Positions 1 through 10,640 of a stretch of DNA of 64,000 bases are shown here, one piece after another. Source of the DNA: Prorocentrum cordatum (lineage: Eukaryota); NCBI GenBank assembly GCA_963575745.1, contig CAUYUJ010000103.1:62001-126000 (forward strand). Reading direction: 5' to 3'. Positions within the stretch are counted from its first letter, which is position 1. Each line of letters starts with the position of its first letter. The translations under genes were made by a program, and so were the position numbers. The notes under the pieces are model-generated. The model was not told the origin of the DNA. It ran no database searches and saw only the letters and a program-made list of their open reading frames with translations.

Positions 1-2069
1 GCCAGCATCAGGTTGAGCAGAGATCCCGTGTCCCCTGGCGTAGCCCCTGGATGCCGGAATGTTTTTTTTTTTCCGGTCTGAGTGTCGCGGTTTGTTTTCT
101 CAGATCGATTCTTCCCATCGGTTGTTCTTCCGCGGGGTGTACCAGTGCCAGCTCTGTGGGGGGACTGGCGCCCTCACTCGAGGTAAGCTCCAGAAACTTG
201 GCCGAGCCTTGTACCCTTGTTTTTTTCCGCCCATGGGAAATTTGTTTTAAGCTTTTTGGTTTCAAGGAATATCCCTTCATATTTCAGGGCTTGGTGTGAT
301 TGATCGGTGAAGGCTGGGTCGCCTCCTGTCGCGGCCTCTCGCGGTGGGGTGGAACCTCCAGCCTGGGATGACAAAGACCGCAGCCCAGTTTTGTCCTCCC
401 CTCTTTGTCGGGTACCCCCATTGGGCCCTCCGCAGGCCAGCGCGAGGTTGAGAGGAGGATTGATGGATGGAACGGCCCTGAGGAGAGGGTCTCGCGAGAA
501 GCGAAAAACAGGATGCTGCGGCCGTCAGGCCATTTTTACTGGTCCCAGGCCGGGGGTGCCATCCCACCTGGGCACTACGACAGGCCACTACCGCACCCTC
601 AGCAAAGCCGCCAGGCTTCTCGAGCCTTCTCCGAGAGGAGGTGTAATGGCGAGGGCAGGTATAGAGGTGCGGAGCGGGAGCAGATGGGCCGAGCTGGGGA
701 TCAGCGGAGAGGCCACGGTCGGCCTGCTGACCCCGCAGACAGAGAGCCCCCGCAGGTCGGACATGTGTTCCAGCCGCGCCCCCGCCGACTGCCACCGGGT
801 GCCCTCCGTGCTCCACGCCCGCGGCCGCGGCGCCCCTGGACGTCCTGTCGTTCCTGGCCGCGCGCCCCTAGCTGCTTCGGGGGTTCCCCCAGAGAACGTG
901 GCCGCGTCCAGTCGGCATCCTCCGCTCCGCATCCTCTGGGCTTTGCCTCCCCTGCTGTCCTTCGCGCTCTCTCTTGCCCCTCTCCCCCCTGCCTTCCCTC
1001 ATTCACCCTCCACCTCCATCTCTCCCTCCGTCTCTGCTCCTTGTCGAAGATGCCTACGGCGACCTTTTGGAAGCGCGTGTGCAGTGAAGTGTAGAGCGAG
1101 AGTGCGGCCACACTAGTGGACTGCGTGTCCCCCCGGGGGGAACACTGGGGAGGGGCCCTCTGGGGCCGTTTTGGGTTGTTTGGGGAGCTCTGGGTTCGGG
1201 TCTTTTGGGCTCTCTTGGCGACCTCTCAGGACCCTCTTGGACCATCTTGGGGTCATCTGGGGCCGTCTCAGGGCGCCCTGCCGCACTCACGGTGCCCGTG
1301 TATCTTACCGCCTCAGCAGGGGAGCAGCTCATGCTGCCAGGGGCTCCCCAGGGCTTGCCGCGGTGGCAGCGGGAGCTTCTTGAGCATAAGCCCTGCCAGA
1401 CCTGTGAGACTCCAGGGACCAGAACTCTCCGCGCGTCTGTGGGAATGGGCTCTTAGCCGCAGGCAGGGCCTCCAACTCGAAGGTGTCCCCGCCCAGCAGG
1501 CCACAGAGCTCTGGCGGGTGCTGTTTGGTTCACAAACCATTGTGCGCTCTCCGCAGCGCGCGTGACACCCATTTTGCGCCATCGCTCGGCGGTGAATAGG
1601 TACAGCTTGGTGCAAATAGCCTGCGTTGTGGGAGGATGAATGACGCAGATGGCTGCGGCTGGTGTGTATGTGTGTGTATGCCCAGCCCGTCTAAATCAGC
1701 TTCGCACCCCAGCAATTTTTTTCCTGACACGCGAGTTAGCTGCACAACTTCCCAGAAGTGCCGAACGCAGCCTGCGCAGGTTTTCAGCTGCATCCGAACG
1801 CTTGCCGTGTCTTTCTTCGCCGCTTTTGTTGCTAGCGCGCCTCAGCCTCCAGGTCCTTTTCGTCGCTGACGTAGTCGGCCAGATCAGAAACGTATATAAG
1901 ATAGACGTCGTCCTGGTCTCTTCGACCAGCGCATCCTCGAGCTCGTCGTCCAGGTCATGGGCTTTTATGGTGCCCATCGTAAAGCGCATCTGGGCTCTGT
2001 GCCCGCGCAGAACATGGCGCTGCTGTGCCTTTGTGGGAGGGCCCCTGTCAGGATCCTGCCCCAGTGTTT

Positions 2070-2335
2070 AGCACTGACCAGTCGGTGCTGCGCCCGTGTG
2101 GTGCGGGGCCTTGGAAACCAGCATTCCCAACATGTTGAATTTTATTGGGTGTGCTGGGTTTGCTCCTAAAGAGTGCCGGGGGAACTCCTGCTCGTGGCTC
2201 CTAAATATTGCAAACACGGAACCATAGTAGCACCCGCTGGTCGGTGTTGCGCCCCTGTCGGAGCCCTGGAACCAACATTTCCAATATGTTGGGTTTTGTT
2301 GCGTTTGCCCCTTAAGGGCGCGGAGGAAATTCTTA
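2070..2335. repeat. Diverged two-copy tandem duplication (~160 bp period)
   Basis: GTCGGTG(C/T)TGCGCCC...GGAA(A)CCA(G/A)CATT(C/T)CCAA(C/T)ATGTTG occurs at ~2081 and ~2240. Confidence 0.65.
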
Positions 2336-2433
2336 CTTACCCATCGCGCTGTGAATTCGCCTTGCCCGCCGCGGCGGTCCAGTGGACGTTATTGCCAGGT
2401 GGCTGCATGGGAGCTAATACCTTGTACTACGTT

Positions 2434-2473
2434 GTAGCCATTTTGGCTCAAGGCTTAAGGCTCAAGGCTCAAG
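2434..2473 (+). other. Dinoflagellate spliced-leader (DinoSL) relic followed by three tandem 7-nt SL 3'-end remnants
   Basis: 2434-2452 GTAGCCATTTTGGCTCAAG is identical to the last 19 nt of DinoSL (DCCGTAGCCATTTTGGCTCAAG). It is followed directly by GCTTAAG, GCTCAAG, GCTCAAG (2453-2473). Confidence 0.93.
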
Positions 2474-2617
2474 TTGACCTGTCACGCCCCCTTCGCCGTT
2501 GCACCTGTCACGCCCCTTCGCCGCTCCTCTTACAATCCGCTCTAACACTCACTCACTGTGACCACGCAAATTTCCGTTTCTTCTGGGTGCTCGTGTCTTT
2601 CGCAACCTACGTCAAGA

Positions 2618-3664
2618 TGCCGGCTGAAAAGCATCATATGGGTACCCCGATAAAGAATGCGCTCAAACAGGCGAGGACGGGGAGCAACCCGACACAATAA
2701 CCTCAGCCAGTGGCACTACATCCTGGAACACTGGCACGACGCCAACAGTTCCAAGATTACACGCAGGCTGCAGCGGACCAGCCCCTGACCGCTAAGGGCC
2801 TTGAGACGATCCTGAACCACCGTCTGGATCCCATCAAGCACATGTTATTTTTCAAACACATGCTGTATCACAAATATATCAGAAAGACGCTGTAAACCCG
2901 ATAAAGTTCGACATCGACGACTTGACCGGACGGGTTGGCCTGTTGGAGACAACTTGCTCTCACCGGCCGGCTTCGGCAACGTCCGCATCCGGAGCGTCCG
3001 TGGATGCCAATGCGCAGGCGAAGCTTTCAGAATTTGAGCGTGAAGTTGCTCTTCTCCGGCAGTCTGGCAAGGCGGCGACGCACGGTAATTCGGACTCCGA
3101 CACCATCATGTCTGGGAACTTGGACGAGTTGGGAACGCTAGCAGAGCCAGGCACATTCATCAAGGAGGAGCTCGACAAGCTGACTGCGCTGGCGCCGGCC
3201 GAAGTCTACACGAAGGGAGTGGCCTTCAGTGGCGCCGGCCGAAATCTACACGAAATCTACGCGAAGATGAGCAGTGACGCGGACGCGGAGACGACCTTGA
3301 GCACGTTGCGCAAATCCCCGTTTTCCCATACTACCAAAAGGATTTGGGCGACAGGGATAAGCTAACCAACAGTCGGATCCCAATTCGATTTTTATTTGGT
3401 CTCAAACGGCTTGGACTGCAATTGGTTTTCAAACAGATCCAGGTCAACGATGCGACGTTCTCCAAGCAAGCGGGGGGCGACGTTATCCTATCAGTTTGCT
3501 CCGTCCGTGGTGCGTTGCAGATCAGGTGGCCCAGTTTGGAATGGGAAAACTGGACAGACCACCGCAATGACGCGGAAATCAAGAAGCTTTGTGAGTCTTG
3601 CAAGGAAGCCCTGGGCCGCGTCGCAGACGAGGGGAAAGGGGGCGGGATGGGCGCTGGGAAGTGA
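2618..3664 (+). pseudogene. LINE-A ORF1 relic
   Basis: Starts MPAEKHH at 2618, with a stop at 2698, an AT-rich ~60-nt insert at ~2841-2900 and a frameshift near 3350. Contains a coiled-coil-like LSEFEREVALLRQ, ends GKGGGMGAGK*, and lies directly upstream of the APE domain. Confidence 0.7.
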
Positions 3665-3769
3665 CGGGGCCCGGAGGGCGAGGCCGCAGTTTCACCTGAT
3701 GATTTTTCAGCGCCGCCGGAATGCCCGCGCCCGCGCACAGCCTCTGGTGCGCAGATCCGGCGCATCGCA

Positions 3770-4545
3770 CGGCTACGCGGAATGTTGCCGGCCTGACCGA
3801 CGAGAAGCTTTGCGCGCTCGGCCAGGCAATGCGTGCTTGGGGCATTGGTTTCTCTTTGCCTTCAGGAGACATGAACTTCGAAAGCAGAGTATTATGCGAG
3901 TTGTAGCGTTGTTTTGTCAGGCTTGGAGAACGCAGGCGACGAGACCAAATCTAAGTCAGTAGTGGGTTTCATCGCGGCACCTCGCGCGATTTCTCGCGCA
4001 TTTTTTTGTTTGTTTTTGGTTTGTTGGTTTTGATTGTTCCCCCCCCCAGTGCCCCGGCCGCCTCGCGTGCTTGAAAATCCGAGGGGCCAAAGGCAAGTGC
4101 GCGCTCTTCTCTGGCTACGCCCCGCTCGACCTCCGACAACTGCCCGAAATGTTACAAATTTGTCTTGAGCTGGAGAAGGTCGCAAATAGTGCACCTGTGA
4201 ACGGGCTCGAATTTAGCCGTGGGCATTTTCACGCGCGGCTTGGCCAGCAACGATGCAGTGAAGAGCGCGCGCTTGGACTGCGTGCTTTCGGATCCGAAGC
4301 AGCGCATGAAGTGGATTGCCCGAACCGCGATTTATTGGTAAAGTTCTGCGCAGCGCAGCAGCGCATCATCAGCAACGCGCTTCGCGCCGTTCCAGAAGAG
4401 CAACTGGTGACCTACATGGAGCCGGGCGCCCGGCCCAATGACGACACCCAGTCGAACGCATTCGCCTTTGCTCGATTTGTTGTTCCTTGCGCCGAGCGCG
4501 ACTGCCGACCGCGTGCTGTCTGTTGCGAGTGTGAAGGCCGCGACC
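3770..4545 (+). pseudogene. LINE-A ORF2 AP-endonuclease domain relic
   Basis: ATRNVAGL (xTWNVxGL), LCLQET, VVGFIAAP, SGYAP, GHFHARLG (GDFNARxG), NRDLLVKFC, VTY and LLDLLF, across frameshifts. Confidence 0.88.
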
Positions 4546-6500
4546 CCCCCTAAGTTTCGTTCAGTGCGTCGCCCGTGCGTCGCCCGTGCGCCGGCCCTGG
4601 TTTGCGTCTCTGTCCCGCATCCCGGCCTCCCAGAGTGCGGGGGCGACATGTGGCGCGACTTCGGAATCTCGCTGGCGGCTTGTAGGTTTCCGATGCCTGT
4701 GCGCCAGCGGCCACTTTGGCGGTCGCGTCGCACTCTAGTCCGACGGTCCACCAACGCGTTATGTTTCCCATTCGGCGCAAGAGGATTCGCTGGTGCGTAT
4801 TTTCGGGGGGCGCCAACCGTTGCCGAGGGCGAGGACGCCTCGCGTTGATTGGCGGCTGCGCGCGTCGCGCCACGGCGGGGGTGACGTCGCGTCGCGCGAC
4901 GCGGCGCCACTTCGCCACGCCGCGTCGCGCCCCGCGCCTCCATGTCGCGTCGCGCCAATCCTCCTGCCCCCCCTCTCTTCCTTCCTCTTCCCCTCGTCCA
5001 ACGCGCTGCGCGTTTTGTCTCGTTTGCGAAATGTGTGTTCAGTTATTTTGTCAGGCTGTCGCCCTGTCCCCCTCCATATTCACCCCCCGTTGTCCTTCCA
5101 CCCTCCCTGAACTTCCCTCTCGCCCTCCTAGCTCCCGCCGATCCCCGTCGATTGCCTTCCATCGCTCCCGCCGCCGCTGCGCCGCCCCCGCGCGCCCCTC
5201 CTCGCCCGTCCGTTCCCTTTTCCGCCCGCCCCCCCCTCGCCCCACCCCCCTCTTCCCCCCCGATGCGTCGGCGGGCGAGACGTCGCCAAATTGCTGCTGC
5301 GACGAACCGATGTTCAAATTCTGACGGTGCGCGCGCTTGAAATGGATTCTCCCGCGCGCGCTGCATCTCCATGTCGTCGATTGGTTTCTTCGCGTTCGTA
5401 GTTCTCGCGTACGCGTCGCGCTATTTCTGCGATTGTCGCGCGCGCCCCTCGATCGTTTCGCCCGGGGGGCGTGCAGTTCGCGCGCCGTCAGGTGTTCGCG
5501 GCGCCCTTCGAGCGATTCGCGCGCGACCTGCGCGCGACGCACGAACGACCCGAGCGACGCTCGTGCGACGCACGCGCTACGCGCGCGCGACGCGCCCCGA
5601 CCCGCGCGCGACGCATTCTTGCCGGCGCGCGACGCACGCGCGACGGACGCGCCACGCGCGCGAAGCAAGCGCGACACACGCGCGACGCACGCGCGACGCA
5701 CGCGCGACGCATGCGCGACGCAGTCGCGACTTTGCCCGCCCTTTGCATTTCTCCGAGCAGCAATGCGCAACGGCCGTTTGCTCGCCGTGCTTGCGCTGTT
5801 CACAAGTGGCGTCGGCTGCGTCCCCCTTTGCGCCAGGAAGGGCGGCGCTTGCCCCTGTTCCTTCCAATTACCTTCCTTGTCGTCCTTTTTCCTTCCTCAG
5901 TCCTCCTCCTTCGTTCTCCCTCCTGCCTCGCCCCCCTCCCTCCTCCTCCTTTCTCCCGGCCCCCCTCTGTCTGTTCCTCCCCCCTCCTACCTCGCCGCCC
6001 GGTGTCCCCCTTCAGGTTCTTTCTTCTCTTTCGCCCCCCCCTTCCGCGGCCGCGGCGCGTCGCCGCGAGCGGCGCCCCCGCCTTCCGCGAACGGCCCCGC
6101 CGCTGGCGGTGGAAGAGGAAGATTGCGTGGAAAAGAGGGGGGGGCAGGGGCGCGAGGGAGGTGGGCGCGGCGGCAAGGGCGGCCCGGCAGGGGAATTGGG
6201 GGGAAATGGGGGGCGACGGAGTGGGCGGGTGCTTCTTTAATGGTCATGTTGGTGATCATGGTCGCGGTCGTGTTCGTCGCCTTGGTCGCGCTGGTGGTGG
6301 TCGTGCTGCTGGTGGCGGCTGCGGGCTGGTGGTGGTCACGTCGGTGATCGTGCTGGTATCGGTCGTTGTGGTGGTCGCGTCAAGCGCTGTGGTCGTGGTG
6401 GTGGTGGCGGTGCATGGTGTCGGTCGTAATCGTCGCGGTGGATGCGGTTGCGGTCGCGTCCGTTTGCGGTGAATGGGGGCCGCCGCCGATGGCTTGCCAG
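4545..6500. repeat. GC-rich low-complexity insertion inside LINE-A (CGCGCGACGC-type arrays, pyrimidine tracts, (GTG/GTC)n)
   Basis: Separates the APE and RT relics and has no coding signal. Boundaries are approximate. Confidence 0.65.
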
Positions 6501-6529
6501 ATGATGCGCCCAGGCCTAGGCGATCTTGG

Positions 6530-8419
6530 ATCAGCGACCGAACCGCGCAGCTTATTCAAGAAGAATCGCGCGCCTGAGTCGACGGGGACGCCGAGGTCGA
6601 GAAAGGGGATGCACGAAGCCGCGCGGAAGGCAGCGCGGCAGGATGGGGCGAAGTGGCTGGGGGGGGCCCGCGGCCCCGGGGGCCCCGGGAGACATTCGGA
6701 ACATCTGGGGGCCGCGGCTATCTAGGCAGGACCAGCTGCGGAATTTGCAAGGAGCGCTCGCGTGCAGCGCAGACACGGCGGGCGCCATGGGAACATGACT
6801 CGAGAAGATACAATGGGGCGTGCGACCAACCGCTGCAATTGACGAGCCGGTTCTTGGAGACGCGCTGCCGGTCAGGCTGACCAATTTCACGCATTGCGAA
6901 GTCAAAGCTTGGTTGCGGCATATGCACGATGGCGAAGCTCCCGGCCCGGACGGCGCGCCGCCAGAATGTTGGAAGGCACTCGCGGACAGTTCCGAGGCCG
7001 CGGATCGTTGACCGTTGCTTGCAAGACAGGAGAGTGCCGCGGGAATGGCACAAAGCGAGGGTAATAATTTCACACGAGAAAGGAAGAACTTACGACTGCG
7101 CGAATTGCCGGCCAATCAGCTTGCTTGTTATTGGATGCGAAGCTTTCTGCATCATTACTGCGCCAGCGCCTGGTGCGTGCAGGGGCGGGGTCCAGGCTGA
7201 CGGGCTCTCAGTTCGGCTTCAGATCAAATCGCGGGACACAAGAAACTACGCTTGCACTCCGTAGGTGCATCGATCTGGAGCTGGGAACATCCAGGGGGGA
7301 TTTGTTGGCATTGGCCTTGGATAGGAAAAAGGCGTTTGACCCCGTGAACCTTTCAGCTCTGCCGCGACGCCTTCGGCGCTTCGGCTTGCCAGAGCACGCG
7401 GTGGAACTCATTGGCGCAATATGCGCAGATCGGCTTTTCGAGGTGCGAGATTGCGGAATGGCTTCGTCGTTGAGGCCGCAGTTGTCCGGCATATCACAAG
7501 GGTGCCATTTGTCACCGTTTTTGTTCTTCATGATCATGACAATCATAGTCGAAAAGCACTGCCGCGCAACTTTCCGAAGAGCACCGCAACTTATGGGGGC
7601 ATATGTCAATGTCAGTATTGCTGTGCGTGGGCGACGCTCTGATTTTGGGAAAGACCAAAGAGGGTGTAGAACAGCTATTTGCCTCCATATAATATGCTGG
7701 AATATGTTCTGATATGGAGTTGCGCCCTGACAACTTCCAACTACTCCAGGTCTGGCGCGCTCAGAATATTCAAGACGGACAAGGTGTGATCACGCAGACA
7801 CGGGAAGTTTTTTGTAAAACATCGGGTTTTGATTTCTGGGGCGGGGGGCGCGAGCAAAGAACTCTCCCTGCGTCTTGGCGCAGCCTGGGCTGATTATGAC
7901 AAGCTTTCTGTAATGTGGCGACATTCAGATTTCAGCCGCCGTCGGAAAATCGAGGTTTACAGGGCGGCGGTTCTTGGCGAGTTGACGTGCGGATTATCGG
8001 CGTTGTGGTTGAATGCCGCTGGCAGGAGACGTCGAGGCGGTTTTCAGTGCCGGTGCTTCCGCGCGATCTAGGGGATCGCGCCAGCTTATATTTCAAGAGT
8101 GAGAAACGCAGTTGTCTTGGACACGACCGGGCAATCCCTCTCATAGGGGACTGCAGCTCGACAGCAGCTCCTCTTGCTAGAAAGAGCCGCCAGGTCACCG
8201 GCAGGGATCCCGTTGACAGAGGTCACCTTCTGCCCTGGATTCTTCCGGCCAGCGTCAGACAGGTGCGTGAAGAAAGTTTGCAGGCCGCGCGCGGACTGGA
8301 CGTCCCAGGTGCTGCGCGTCGCTTGCGCAGCGGCAGGCGAAGTAGCCACTTTGACCCCTCTATTGGCCAGCGAAGCTTCTTGGCGGCACTTTGTCCGCAC
8401 AGCTAACGTGTCAACATAG
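6530..8419 (+). pseudogene. LINE-A ORF2 reverse transcriptase and C-terminal relic
   Basis: APGPDG, VPREWHKARV, NCRPISLL, QFGFRSNRGT, LALDRKKAFD, GISQGCHLSPFLF, LCVGDALILG (YxDD site, 7621-7650), RLGAAWADY, LTCGL and WRHFV, with multiple frameshifts. Confidence 0.93.
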
Positions 8420-8769
8420 CGCAACGTAGCCCGACTGTATTATTTAATCTTTAAGTTGCCCCATCCAGTGTCCCACGCACCTCAGTGTGTGTGACTTCTT
8501 GTTTGGCTTGCTTGAATGCGACTGCGACTGTGATTGCGACGCATGCTACCATATCCAGTTGCCTGCGGCAAGTCTCGCCGCCGTGCCAGCCCAGCTTTCT
8601 TGGTGGTCTCGTCGCGAGGGAACACGGAAGTCCTGACGTAGGACAAATTGTATCTTCAGTCTTCGGAGAGCCGTATCACGTTGCGCGCTTTTTGTAGGCC
8701 CGTTTTGGGGAATGTAGTGCCGTCTTGACGCCGTCGCCTGTGACACCGTGGTTGTGTAGGACTTGTTTA

Positions 8770-9837
8770 GTGTGCGTCAGTATTATGTGAGCCCGTCACG
8801 GAAGATGATGTTGATGATGGTGTTGATGATGGTGTTGATGTTGATGACGATAATGTTGTTGATGTTGATGTCGATGCTGATGATGATGGTGGTGGTGGTT
8901 GGTGATGATGCTGATTGTTGGTGTGGTGGTGATGATGATGTTACTGAAGACAAAGATGGTGATGAGTTGATGATGCGGCTTACGATGAGGATGACAATTA
9001 CGACGGCGACGATCATGACACGGATGATGATGGCGACGATGGTGATGATGACGATGTTACTCACGATGTTGATGCGAATGGAGATGACCATGATGACCAT
9101 CATGAAAACAACGACCACGATGACGATGATGGTTCTGGTGATGATGATGCTGTTGATAAAGCTTAGCATGATGATACTGATGATGATGATGACGGTGACG
9201 ATATGATGTTGACGATGGTGTTGGTGATTATGATGAGGGTTGTGACGGTGATGATGATGATGGTCATGGTGATGGTTATGGTGATGATGCTGTTCATGAT
9301 GATGCTGATGCTGATGCTGCTGGTCTGATGTTGCGGATGATACTGGTGATGGTGATGGTGATAGTGATGGTGCGGCTGATGGTGATGATGATGGTCATGG
9401 TGATGGCGATGGTTATGGTGATGGTGCGGATGCTGATGATGATGAGGGTGGTGGTGTTTGTGGTAGCGTTGTCGAAGTAGGTGATGACAATACTTCGGAT
9501 GAGGTAGGGGAGGATGAGTCGGAAGAGGACGAGGATGCTGTTTCTGATGATGATGTTGCTGGCGATGATGCTGCGGATGATGATGATGATGCTGATGCTG
9601 TTGCTGCTGATGATAATGATGTATATAATGATGTTGCTGATTATTACGATGGTGATGATGATGTCGATCATGATGACGATGCTGCTGATGCTGATGCTGA
9701 TGAGGATGATGCTGATGCTGATGCTGACGATGCCGATGATGATGATGCTGTTGCTGATGATGATGCTGATGATGACGCTGCTGATAATACTGCTGCTGAT
9801 GATGATGCTGATGATGATGATGATGATGCTGCTAATA

Positions 9838-9887
<50 letters not shown>

Positions 9888-10200
9888 GATGATGATGCTG
9901 ATGCTGATGAATATGCTGATGAGGATGATGATGGTGCTGATGCTGATGTTAATGCTGATGCTGCTGATGATGATGATGATGATGATGAGAATGATGATAA
10001 TGATGATGCCTATTAATGACGATGATGCTGATGACGATTAATATGATGATGCTGGTGACTGCTGCTGCTGATGGCGAATCTGATGATGAAGCATCTGATT
10101 GAATATGATGATGAATATGATGACGATGAATCTGATGACGATGCTGATGGTGGTGCTGCTGCTGGTGCGGTTGAGGAGGAGGAGGAGGAGGAGGAGGAGG
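8770..10200. repeat. Degenerate (GAT)n microsatellite ending in (GAG)n
   Basis: About 1.4 kb of GAT/GCT/GGT/GAC triplets. Explains the poly-M, poly-D and poly-I ORFs. Confidence 0.95.
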
Positions 10201-10239
10201 CACACCGTCACGTGTGGCACCTTTCGCCTTCACTTCTTG

Positions 10240-10640
10240 AGGAGCCCTCATGGACCTCATTTTGGTAGTCTTGGGGCTCGTTTTGCACCTTTTGGGTGCC
10301 GTTTTGGAGCCTCTCTGGGGCCTCTTTGGGGCCTTTCGGGCCTGCTGGGGGCCTCTTGGGGCGGAAGGCTCAAACTGTCGGTTCGTGTTCCCTTTTTTGG
10401 ACCCTTCCTGTGGCCGTCTTGGGGCCCTTTTGGGCTGTGTTCGGCGCCCTTTGGGCTGTCGAGCCCTCTTTGGGGCGTCTTGGGACCCTCTTAGTGCCTT
10501 CTTCTCGCGGGCAGTTTTGGGGTTCTCTTTGGGGAGGCCCTTTCTCCTGGGCCCCCCCCCCTTTGCGGCCCTTCGCCCCCTGGCGTTGCGCCGCCCCCCT
10601 CGGCCCGCCTCAGGCGCCGCCCCGGGGTCCCAGGAGTCCT
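10240..10640. repeat. GGCCTCTTGG-family 10-11 bp periodic repeat block
   Basis: The same core occurs at ~1150-1275, 13800-14060, 18230-18760, 19920-20130, 20890-21370, 45240-45900, 52360-52700 and 55760-57330. Confidence 0.8.

Larger units (their letters stand above)
2434..8460 (+). mobile_element. LINE-A: degenerate non-LTR retrotransposon (ORF1 + APE endonuclease + RT) with a ~2 kb internal insertion
   Basis: ORF1 relic, then APE motifs, then RT motifs in the expected order on one strand, broken by stops and frameshifts. The 5' end is marked by the SL. The 3' boundary is approximate. Confidence 0.9.

Noticed and set aside
1270..2070. Minus-strand acidic peptide (DLDDELEDALVEET / DLADYVSDEKDLEAEAR)
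   Set aside because: It looks coding-like but is short and frameshifted with no recognisable family, so it cannot be supported as a gene.
8763..10220. Met-, Ile- and Asp-rich ORFs
   Set aside because: They are translations of the (GAT)n microsatellite.
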